Of a DNA stretch of 64,000 nt, positions 56,283 through 64,000 are shown in pieces. The notes under the pieces are model-generated. The model did not search any database and was not told the DNA's origin. It was given only the letters and a program-made list of their open reading frames with translations. Location of the stretch: assembly GCA_963839205.1 (NCBI GenBank), contig CAWITU010000002.1, forward strand, positions 212,627 to 276,626, read 5' to 3'. The first letter of the stretch is position 1, and every line of letters begins with the position of its first letter. The DNA comes from an uncultured bacterium. Lineage in GTDB: Bacteria; Patescibacteriota; Minisyncoccia; Phycocordibacterales; CAWITU01. A program made the translations under genes and the position numbers.

Positions 56283-58266
56283 TTAAACCACCAAGTAATC
56301 TAGGGTCTTCTGTTCTAGATCTGCTCCAACAACTTTAAATTTTACTTTGTCCCCCAAAGTTAATTTATTTTTTGATTTAGAGCCGACTATTGCATAATTT
56401 TTTTCATCAAGTTCGTAATGGTCATCTTTCATTTCACGAAGTTTGGCCATTCCTTCGCATTTAGTATTTTCTTCTTCAATATAAATGCCCCATTCAGTAA
56501 CGCCCGAGATAATTCCTTCAAATATTTCTCCAACATGTTCAGACATATATTCAACTTGCTTCAATTTGATTGATTCTCGTTCAGCGGAAGAGGCCCGAAT
56601 TTCTTTTTCGGTTGAGTTCTCGGCGATTTTCTGCAAGCGGGAAAATTCCTTCTCTGGAATTTTCCCGCCATTTAGATGGTGGTGCAAAATCCTATGCACC
56701 ACCAAATCAGGATATCGTCTAATAGGGGACGTGAAATGCGTATAATATTCAAAAGCCAAACCAAAGTGGCCAATATTTCCGGTGTCATATACTGCCTTTG
56801 CCATTGATCTAATTGTTGCGGTTTTAACTAATGATTCCTCAGCTTTTCCCTCAACTTGTGCGAGTAGGGCATTAATATCTTTTGAAGTTACATGACCCTT
56901 TTTATCAGTTTTAAGCTCGTAGCCTAAAGCCTTTAGAAATAGAGACAATTCAATAATTCTTTCTCCTTCTGGAAGATCGTGAATTCTATATATGGAGAAA
57001 AGATTGTTTTTATTCTCAGACTTTTTATAAATATATTCAGCTACCTCTCGGTTAGCCAAAAGCATGTATTCCTCAACTAATTTATGTGCATCAAATCGGT
57101 GTTTTTTATAAACTCCCAAAGGCTTACCATTTTCATCTAATTTGAATTTAACTTCATCATTTTCAAAATCAATTGCGCCATGCTTAGTTTTTTCTGTACG
57201 GAAAATTTTTGCAAGATCATTTAAGGTTTTTAGTTCTTTATGAAATTCTTTTGAACTGTCAGTGATACTTTCCTGTGCTTTTTCATAAGTAAATCGTTTG
57301 TCTGAATTAATGATAGTTTTTCCAAACCATTTTGAAATTACTTTCGCGTTTTTATCAATTACAAATACTGCCGAAAAAGTTAATTTATCTTCTTTGGGAT
57401 TTAAACTACAAATGTCATTTGAAAGAACTTCTGGAAGCATGGGTATTGTTCGATCTACCAAATATACTGAAAGCCCACGTTTCAAGGCTTCTTTATCTAT
57501 TGAAGTTCCTGGGCGAACATAATGAGAAACGTCAGCAATATGAATTCCAATCTCATATTGATCATTCACCAATCTCCTTATATGATAATGCGTCATCAAA
57601 ATCCTTGGCGTCTTCTGGGTCAATTGTAAAAGTTAGTGTATTTCTAAAATCCTTTCTGGAAGCAATTTCACTATCTTGTATAGGCTTTTCAGTTTTTTCT
57701 AGCTGTTTTGCCTCAGCTTCTACTTGGACAGGGAAGCCAATCTCGAATCCCTTTTCAAGGACAATGGATTTCATTTCGGTATTGTTATCACCCTTCTTTC
57801 CAATTATCTCAATGATTTTTCCTATCGGATTTCTTTTAGGGTCACTCCAAGAAACTATTTCAACTTGAATCTTTTCACCAACTTTAGCTTTTCCAATTTC
57901 CTTATCAGGAACCACTATGTCGGTATACATTTTCTTATCATCAGGAACTAGAAAATAAATATCATTTTCCCGCTCTAGACTGCCAACGAATTTTGTCTTG
58001 ATTCGATTAACAATCTTTATTACTTCTGCTGTTTGTCTTCTTCCACTTTTGTGTAGAAGGGATATTTCAACGGTGTCACCATTTAGAGCGGTATTTAAAT
58101 AATTTTCTTCAATCATAATGTCGTCCTGCATTTTGCTTCGATCTCTTTCTTTCTTACCCCGCGAATCTTTTTGGCCGAGTATTTCGGGCGCAACAAAGCC
58201 AACACCTTTTGAATTGATGCTAATTGTTCCAATTATTTTTTTAGGTATATTTTTTTGTTTTTTCAT
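56283..58266 (-). CDS. rnr: ribonuclease R (RNB family exoribonuclease); one frameshift as sequenced
   Basis: The N-terminal fragment 57562..58266 (OB/CSD region, ends ..DPEDAKDFDDALSYKEIGE) and the fragment 56283..57623 (YEIGIHIADVSHYV, VYLVDRTIPMLPE, HFGLAFEYYTHFTSPIRRYPDLVVHR, C-terminal S1 domain) join by a 1-nt shift near 57565-57600. Confidence 0.9.
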
Positions 58267-58321
58267 AAATTACAGATAGTGCTCGCACCGCGGAGCTCCC
58301 ATCGAATTTTGGGGAGCGAAG

Positions 58322-58397
58322 TGGTGGGCGGTAGAGGATTCGAACCTCTGACATCAACAACGTCAATGTTGCGCTCTACCAACTGAGCTAACCGCCC
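58322..58397 (-). tRNA. tRNA-Val (anticodon GAC), CCA encoded
   Basis: The reverse complement reads gggcggt-ta-gctcagttggtagagc-g-caaca-ttGACgt-tgttg-atgtc-agagg-ttcgaat-cctct-accgccc-a-cca. Confidence 0.9.
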
Positions 58398-58434
58398 GAA
58401 TAATCCAGTCTCGAGCCCCTAATTTACCAGAAAA

Positions 58435-58974
58435 CTACTTATTTTTCCAGTTTATAAGGTGTTTTATAGTGACTAAGATAATTAGCGCTAACCAAGCAAT
58501 AATTATATCAAATTGTATTTTGCTTTCTCTTGACTCAACTTCTTTAATTGATCGTCCAGCAAGTATGTACCCTGATTGAGTACCGGAATAATAAGTGACT
58601 ACTGCGGCAATACGAGTATTGTCATTTGGTTGCCAAGTTAGTCTGTCTTCGCCGTGTTGTTTGGCATAAGTTAGAACACCTTGAGGAAGCTCTGGAATTT
58701 TATTACCAAGTTCAGCTTGAGATGCTTGAACAGTCCCTGATGCATCGTAAGCAATAACAAAAGGGGAGAGACTCTTCGAAATATCTATCATAGATGAAAA
58801 TAATGCAGGTGAAAGTGTTCCTCCTTGTGCAAGTCCGGTGGCAGTATTTTCGGCAATTTCAATTTGAGGATCATTTGCACTTAATCGGATGTCTTGTTGA
58901 ACTGCACCATAAACCAAAAGAGCAATAGCCGTGATAATTCCAATGGATAAGAACCAATTTAATATTTTATTCAT
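58435..58974 (-). CDS. hypothetical protein with N- and C-terminal TM segments
   Basis: The likely start is the ATG at 58974 (MNKILNWFLSIGIITAIALLVYG). The ORF-track start at 59076 would run through the tRNA-Ser duplicate and hairpin region. Confidence 0.5.
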   Translation of the reverse strand: MNKILNWFLSIGIITAIALLVYGAVQQDIRLSANDPQIEIAENTATGLAQGGTLSPALFSSMIDISKSLSPFVIAYDASGTVQASQAELGNKIPELPQGVLTYAKQHGEDRLTWQPNDNTRIAAVVTYYSGTQSGYILAGRSIKEVESRESKIQFDIIIAWLALIILVTIKHLINWKNK

Positions 58975-58999
58975 ATATTTATTTATTACTTCTATTATA

Positions 59000-59020
59000 C
59001 TGCGGAAGAGGTGGGATTTG
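59000..59020 (-). repeat. 21-bp exact duplicate of the tRNA-Ser 3' end (att-like direct repeat; partner at 59103-59123)
   Basis: ctgcggaagaggtgggatttg occurs at 59000-59020 and 59103-59123. It covers part of the T loop, the T stem 3' strand, the acceptor 3' strand, the discriminator base and 3 nt of trailer. Confidence 0.85.
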
Positions 59021-59047
59021 GTCACGAATAATTTTCTGCTGAAAATT

Positions 59048-59064
59048 TTCGCGACCCCGCCTCG
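59048..59064. repeat. left copy of a 17-bp perfect inverted repeat (ttcgcgaccccgcctcg)
   Basis: Its exact reverse complement is at 59438-59454. Each copy is part of a local GC-rich hairpin (gcgac..gtcgc). Confidence 0.85.
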
Positions 59065-59105
59065 GTGCCGTCGCACCTGCGGCTTTCAAATCCTACTATT
59101 TCCTG

Positions 59106-59192
59106 CGGAAGAGGTGGGATTTGAACCCACGAGAGGCTTTCGCCCCTGCCAGTTTTCGAAACTGGTGCCTTCAACCTCTCAGCCACTCTTCC
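59106..59192 (-). tRNA. tRNA-Ser (anticodon CGA), long variable arm
   Basis: The reverse complement reads ggaagag..ccagt-ttCGAaa-actgg-c-aggggcgaaagcctctc-gtggg-ttcaaat-cccac-ctcttcc-g; 87 nt. Confidence 0.9.
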
Positions 59193-59279
59193 ATATACTC
59201 AACTATAACAAAAAATGCTATATTTTCTAAGCTCTTCTATGGTTATGTGGGCCTGCCCTGCGTAGCCTTGCGAAGCAGG

Positions 59280-59351
59280 GGCCCTATCGTCTAATGGTTA
59301 GGACATCGCCTTCTCAAGGCGGTAATCCGGGTTCGACTCCCGGTAGGGTCA
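59280..59351 (+). tRNA. tRNA-Glu (anticodon CUC)
   Basis: ggcccta-tc-gtctaatggttaggac-a-tcgcc-ttCTCaa-ggcgg-taat-ccggg-ttcgact-cccgg-tagggtc-a. A probable extended -10 TGcTATATT lies near 59214-59222. Confidence 0.9.
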
Positions 59352-59405
59352 AAAAATGCGCTGATGCAAAAGGAGTGAACTGCTTCACTCCTTTTCGCAT
59401 TTTTT
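59351..59405. terminator. large bidirectional terminator hairpin
   Basis: Outer arms aaaaaatgcg / cgcatttttt and an inner 12-bp stem aaaaggagtgaa / ttcactcctttt (59368-59379 / 59384-59395). A/T runs on both sides. Confidence 0.75.
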
Positions 59406-59406
59406 G

Positions 59407-59750
59407 ATGCCGGAGCATATCGCCATTCCTGGCGATGCGAGGCGGGGTCGCGAACACTTAGTCCGCGCAGGCGTATGCCGAGCAGACTTAGTGATTCGTG
59501 ACATAAGCTAAAGGTATGAATTCCAGATAAATTAGCTCCTGACCCTGTGTGTAAATAAATTATAAAAATAAGAGATTGCCGGGCCGCCTGCGCAGCCCGG
59601 GATCTTGTTTTGTCTTTTCTGCTATGTCGACATTCGACAAGTATTCGCGACATACCCATAACCCGGGGAGGGCCAGCGGATTCAATCCCGTGTATGACAG
59701 ACCGGTTTAGCCGTGCGTCAATATCGGACTCGAGGGCGCTGGTACTAACA
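59407..59750 (-). ncRNA. candidate structured RNA of unassigned family, about 345 nt and GC-rich (strand inferred from the promoter)
   Basis: A consensus minus-strand promoter lies just upstream at 59757-59784. About 51% G+C by hand count. Stems at 59419-59436, 59447-59500 (about 18 bp, imperfect), 59506-59537, 59579-59600, 59623-59654 and 59674-59738. It ends at the 59351-59405 terminator. No credible ORF. Confidence 0.45.
59438..59454. repeat. right copy of the 17-bp perfect inverted repeat (cgaggcggggtcgcgaa)
   Basis: Exact reverse complement of 59048-59064. Confidence 0.85.
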
Positions 59751-59756
59751 ATTTAA

Positions 59757-59784
59757 ATTATAGCATGCATAAAAATATTGTCAA
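59757..59784 (-). promoter_or_regulatory. near-consensus extended sigma-70 promoter firing leftward
   Basis: On the minus strand: TTGACA (59784-59779), 16 nt, TGcTATAAT (59765-59757). Confidence 0.65.
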
Positions 59785-59860
59785 ATATTCCTAGTTATTA
59801 AAATAGTCAAAATTTATGTGGTACTATATTACTGGAAACCTTTAACAATGGAGAAATCAT

Positions 59861-61249
59861 ATGAACATTCCTTACGATTTGAAGGAAAAATGCGGGGTCT
59901 TCGGAATTTTTGACAATCAAAACGCAATCGGCTTAAACGTACGTGGCTTATTTGCTCTTCAGCATCGTGGTCAGGAAGCCGCTGGTATTGTTGCTTTTGG
60001 ACAACATGGTTGGAGCGCTTTCCGCGACCTCGGTCTTGTCAGTGATGTCTTTCAGCCAAAGAAGATTGATAAATTGGTGGGAACAAGCGCAATCGGTCAT
60101 GTCCGCTATTCAACAAGCGGGGATAACACTGACGATGATCGGGCTTTCATAAATATTCAGCCCCTCTTCGTTAATATGTCATTTGGGGGATTGCTATCGC
60201 CCACAACAGGGAATCTCACCAATACTGTGCAAATCCGAGAAGGGCTCATCAAGAAGGGGTGTGTTTTTCAATCGACTACTGACACTGAGGTGATTCTTCA
60301 TCTGATTGCAATAAGTTCTGAAATAAATTTGATTGCCAAGATTAAGGATTCACTATCGCAAATTAAAGGAGCCTACTCCTTAATTCTCCTAACCGGCGAC
60401 TCAATGATTGGCATCCGTGACCGATATGGTTTCGGCCGCTTGTCTTGGGGAGGACTCACACATCATATGTTCTCGCTTCGGAAACATGCGCACTAGATTC
60501 AATTGGTGCGGAATTTGTTCGCGAGATTAATCCTGGTGAAATAGTAAGCATCTCGAAAGGCAATCTTATATCTGATCAACTTCTAGGAGAGAAGTTTCAC
60601 TGTAATTGTAGTTTTGAGGCAGTGTATTTTTCTCGTCCAGACAGCCTCGTAAACGGGACCGATTATGGGTCTATTCGAGAAGAAATGGGCCGTGTGCTTG
60701 CTCGAGAATTCAATTCTGTTCATCAAAAAGTTAAGGTGGACTACGTGACCGGGGTTCCGGACTCTGGTATTCCCGCTCCCCGCGGTTTCCATTGGAATCA
60801 GAGATCCCTTACACAGACATTCTAGTTCGAAGCCACTATGTTGGGAGAACATTCATTCAACCATCACAAGCAACCAGAAAGACTCGGGTGGCTCTTAAAT
60901 TCAATCCCCGAAGGATATTTAAGGGTAAAAGCATTGTCTTAATTGATGATTCATTAGTTAGGGATTCAACGAGCCAAATCATCATTCAAATGTTGAGAGG
61001 TGCTGGTCTCGGTGAAATACACTTGTGTATTTCTAAGTGTCCGCCGTCAGTCATCCTTGCTTTTATGGTATTGATACACCTAAGGAAGAAGAGCTTCTGA
61101 CACACAAGATGAATCTCGAGGAAATGCGGAAATTCCTTGGCGTTGATACTTTAAGCTTTCTATCGGTAGATGGAATGAAAAATTGTATTGGCGGAAAGGG
61201 TCACTGCGTAGCTTGTTTTGTTGGGGAATATCCAGAATCAGTAAAATAA
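59861..61249 (+). CDS. purF: amidophosphoribosyltransferase; 3 or more frameshifts as sequenced
   Basis: A propeptide then the Ntn Cys (MNIPYDLKEKCGVFGIF). Also LQHRGQEAAGI, HVRYSTSG, SYVLASETCALDSIGAEFVREINPGEIV, VPDSGIP, ESEIPYTDILVRSHYVGRTFIQP, IVLIDDSLVR and the C-terminal CVACFVGEYP. Fragments 59861..60496, 60445..60825, 60792..61100 and 61037..61249. Confidence 0.9.
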
Positions 61250-61278
61250 TTTGATTAAGTCTGATTGCTGGATTTAAT

Positions 61279-61325
61279 CCGCTGAGATTTTATGGAACGC
61301 TGAGATTCTCAGCGGTTTTTTATTT
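61279..61325 (+). terminator. intrinsic terminator after purF
   Basis: ccgctgaga (61279-61287) or the nearer cgctgag (61298-61304) pairs with ctcagcgg (61308-61315), followed by tttttt. Confidence 0.7.
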
Positions 61326-61336
61326 TAGTGTTTCAT

Positions 61337-62258
61337 TCACTTCGTATGTAAATGGACAAAAATATCTTCGAGAGCTTTTACAGCATCGCCAGCCGCTATA
61401 TTATTTTGGTGATATAAACCATCTGTTACATCACCCGCCGCCCAGATTCCTGAGGTTTTGGTCTGTTGGTTCTTTGGGTCAACTATTATGTGATTGAATT
61501 TATCTAACTCAACTAAATCTTTAAGAAATGAGGTGTTTGGTATAAGTCCAATTTCAACAAAAACTCCAGAAATAGGAAGTTCTTTAGTTTCTCCAGTAGT
61601 TATATTTTTATAGGAAATAGCATTAACGAATTTGTTGCCTTTAACTTCTGTTATAACAGCATTCGTAATAACTTTCATTTTTTGATTAGAAGTAATTTTT
61701 TCAACTGTAACAGGATCGGCTCTAAAATTATTACTTCGGTTTATAAGGGTGACACTTTTGCAATAAGTCAAAAGTTGAGCACAGGTTTCAAAGGCAGCGT
61801 TTCCGCCCCCCACGACCACGACATCTTGATCCGCAAAAAGCGGCCCATCGCAGGTAGCACAATAGGTTAGTCCTTTATTATCAAATTCTAGAGCACCTTT
61901 TGCTTCAAGTTTTCGCCTGGTACTTCCTGTAGTTATTAATATTGTTTTAGCTTCGTATGATTCATCTCCACTTTTAATAACAAAACTATATTCCTTTTTT
62001 CTCGATTTTCTCAATCCAAGCGTTATCTCTAATGTCTACAGAGGGGGAGGCGTAGGCCAAAAGATGAGCCTTTAAATTTTTAGCTAAATCCTCTCCACTT
62101 ATGTTGATTGTTCCAATCCAATTTTCAATACCAGCGGAAACAATACTTTGTCCCCCCCAATCCTTGGTTAAAAAAATAGTTTTAAGTTTTTTTCGGGAAG
62201 CATAGACACCAGCGGCAATACCGGCGGGACCCCCTCCGATTATGGCGAGATCGTACAT
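61337..62258 (-). CDS. trxB: thioredoxin-disulfide reductase; one frameshift as sequenced
   Basis: N-terminal YDLAIIGGGPAGIAAGVYASR (FAD), redox-active CATCDG, VVVVGGGNAAFE (NADPH) and AAGDV. Fragments 61986..62258 and 61337..62014 join at the T6/A6 run near 62000-62010. Confidence 0.9.
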
Positions 62259-62261
62259 GAA

Positions 62262-63477
62262 TTATTTAAGTTTTGATCTTCGAAGAAATGCTGGAACAGC
62301 GCTCCAATCATCTTTATCCTCGGATTTTCTCTTTGTCTGATTCTAAATTACTATGAAATAGGAGACTTGTTTGGTCTCCGTTACCTTTACTTGAGTGGGT
62401 TGTGTTTGAGAAACTGAACTTACATTTTCTTTCTTAGCAAGTACACTATTTAAAATAGAATTTCTCTTTTCATCGAAAGAAGTCTTGTCCGTGAAGAAAA
62501 ACTTTCTTAATTGTTGATTCTGGAAATACCAGTTGCGACAACAGTAACACGAACCTCTCCTTTTTTAATTTATTTCCATTCACGGTACCAAATATTATTT
62601 TCAGGCTGCTGGATCAACTGATTCGGTAATAATTTTTGCAGCATCTTGAATTTCAAACATGGTTAGATCATCGCCTCCAGCAATTGAAAACAAAACACTT
62701 TTAGCTCCAGTAACTGAAATATCGAGAAGAGGAGAATTGATAGCGGCTTTTGCGGCTTCTGTTGCTCTGTTTCTCGCCGGTTCCAAAGCCAATACCCATA
62801 AGGGCAGATCCAGAATTTTCCAGAACGGCTCTGATATCAGCAAAATCAATGTTTCCGATAGTTCCAGGCATAGTGATAAGGTCAGAAATGCCTTCTACAG
62901 CTTGTTTTAACATCTCATCACACATCACAAACGCTTGTTTTGCGGTGGTCTCTTGGCTGATGACGATTAAAGTTTGTCGTTTGGAATAATAATTATTGCG
63001 TCAACTGATTTTCTAAGTTCCTCTAATTCCTACGTCAGCTAGGCGACTCTTTGCTGTCCTTCAAATGAAAATGGTTTTGTGACAACTCCAACTGTAAGTG
63101 CTCCCATTTCTTTAGAATTCTTGCAACGATTGGCGCCGCGCCGGTACATGTTCCGCCTCCTTCTCCTCCAGCAATGAAAACCATGTCACCATCTTTGATA
63201 GCTTCTTGAATTTCTTCTTTGGTTTCTTCTGCTGCTCGCTTTACCAATTTCTGGATTCATTCCGGCACCAAAACCTTTTGTGAGATTTTTGCCAATGTGA
63301 ATTTTTTTCTTCGCAAGTGAATTTTGAAGGTCTTGAGCGTCAGTATTTACAGCAATAAAATCTACACCTTTAACTTTGCAGTTAATCATGTGATTTAAGG
63401 ACATTTTTTCCCGAACCGCCAACTCCCACAACTTTGATTCTAGCGAACGTTTCTATCTCTGGTTTGATTTGAGGCAT
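62262..63477 (-). CDS. ftsZ: cell division GTPase FtsZ; many frame changes as sequenced
   Basis: The minus-strand ATG at 63477 gives [23 protein letters not shown]. The following pieces are in different frames: [62 protein letters not shown] and [29 protein letters not shown]. The conserved C-terminal peptide [11 protein letters not shown] ends at 62262. Confidence 0.9.
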
Positions 63478-63619
63478 AGGTAATTTAATTAAATGTTAGT
63501 AGGCTCTATACTATAAAAGGCTAGAGGAAAAGGAAAGAGTTGACACTATATGAAATGAGTTCTTTGGTGAGCCTATGGAAGGAATGTTTCATCCATCCCA
63601 GATGCTGTTTCGGGTTGAT

Positions 63620-64000
63620 TTAACAAACCCGAAGGCCAAGTTTGTTTGTAACTGAGCCAGATTCATCAGTATTGAATCCCAAGACACAAAGTCCATATGA
63701 TACTGCCCAAGTAGCATCTCTCATTTGTCCTTTGGTGCTATCAATTTTAACTTCAGATTTTTTGGAAGGTAATTTTAGGGCTGTCTTTGCTAAATCCTCA
63801 ATTGTTGTTAAACCTGATCCGCCTCCAGTGATAATAATACCTGCTGGCAAGAGGCCATTCCTGCCAATTTTCTTTAGGTGAGCCTCAATCAATTCAAAAA
63901 TGTCAGAAAGGCGAGCTTCAATTATTTCATCAAGCTTCTTTTTTGAAACTTCCTCCCCATCATTAATTTTTATGTTCTCAGCTTTTTCTAATGGAATTTT
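63620..64000 (-). CDS. ftsA: cell division protein FtsA, 3' part (gene continues beyond the window)
   Basis: The frame is open to the window edge: ..KKKLDEIIEARLSDIFELIEAHLKKIGRNGLLPAGIIITGGGSGLTTIEDLAKTALKLP.. matches the FtsA C-terminal actin-fold subdomain. Sits in the ftsA-ftsZ order. Confidence 0.8.
   Translation of the reverse strand, partial: KIPLEKAENIKINDGEEVSKKKLDEIIEARLSDIFELIEAHLKKIGRNGLLPAGIIITGGGSGLTTIEDLAKTALKLPSKKSEVKIDSTKGQMRDATWAVSYGLCVLGFNTDESGSVTNKLGLRVC

Noticed and set aside
58931-59230. 99-aa plus-strand ORF, and the 59076 start of the minus-strand 58435 ORF
   Set aside because: Both run across tRNA-Ser or its duplicated 3' end and the hairpin region. The ATG at 58974 gives a sensible TM N-terminus.
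59291-59659. 122-aa ORF on the minus strand
   Set aside because: It reads through the bidirectional terminator and the antisense of tRNA-Glu. Its Arg/Ser-rich composition is typical of a spurious frame in GC-rich non-coding DNA.
59407-59750. Calling the GC-rich RNA locus RNase P RNA, tmRNA, SRP RNA or a ZTP/purine-related riboswitch for purF
   Set aside because: - RNase P: no GAGGAAAGUCC, and only a loose ACAGACCGGUUUA on the strand opposite the promoter.
- tmRNA: no GGGG..ACCA acceptor pairing, no T-arm and no ALAA-type tag frame.
- SRP: no GGAA/AGCAGCC domain IV core.
- ZTP: the CCGCCUGCGCA resemblance lacks the 5' subdomain and lies 260 nt from purF.

Overview
This is a 64-kb window from a small, AT-rich bacterial genome. 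My hand counts give about one-third G+C in typical stretches. The genes are compact housekeeping genes, with N-terminally short pheS and prfA, a sortase next to surface proteins, and almost no biosynthesis. That pattern suggests a Patescibacteria/CPR-like organism, but this is inference only.

Gene order:
- a surface-glycan cluster (GT6-like, GT4, flippase, O-antigen-ligase-like/TPR protein)
- secA, a P-loop kinase, an ABC-2 exporter pair, and an importer-type permease+ATPase pair
- tag, MYG1-family, obg, gatB, fba, rplY, an MltB-like transglycosylase, rpmE, prfA, a YdeN-like hydrolase, rpsB-tsf
- tRNA-Thr, a membrane GT2, pheS-pheT, gyrB, a CARDB-like surface protein
- a GC-rich IS110-like island
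- a sortase plus a PKD-repeat protein, then tsaD
- a second GC-rich two-gene island
- rpsP-KH-trmD, rpoB-rpoC-dnaG-rpoD, a UvrD-type helicase/nuclease fusion
- a DsbA-like protein, an exonuclease, an RRM protein, RNase R
- tRNA-Val, tRNA-Ser, tRNA-Glu, purF, trxB, ftsZ and the 3' part of ftsA

Standard code 11 fits, because TGA terminates many intact genes. I saw no rRNA and no CRISPR array.

Most notable observations:
1. An orphan locus of about 345 nt and about 50% G+C at 59407-59750. It has a consensus extended sigma-70 promoter on the minus strand, many stems and a bidirectional terminator. It has no credible ORF, and I could not match it to RNase P, tmRNA, SRP or ZTP motifs.
2. Beside that locus are a 21-bp duplication of the tRNA-Ser 3' end and a 17-bp perfect inverted repeat that brackets two tRNAs.
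3. A GC-rich IS110-like element has structured non-coding flanks that are candidate bridge-RNA-type guides.
4. A second GC-rich island encodes two secreted proteins of unknown function.
5. A sortase sits next to a PKD protein carrying a VPYTG-type C-terminal signal.
6. Dense local patches of 1-nt indels break rpoB, rpoC, ftsZ, purF, trxB, gyrB, rplY and rnr. These look like consensus errors rather than biology.
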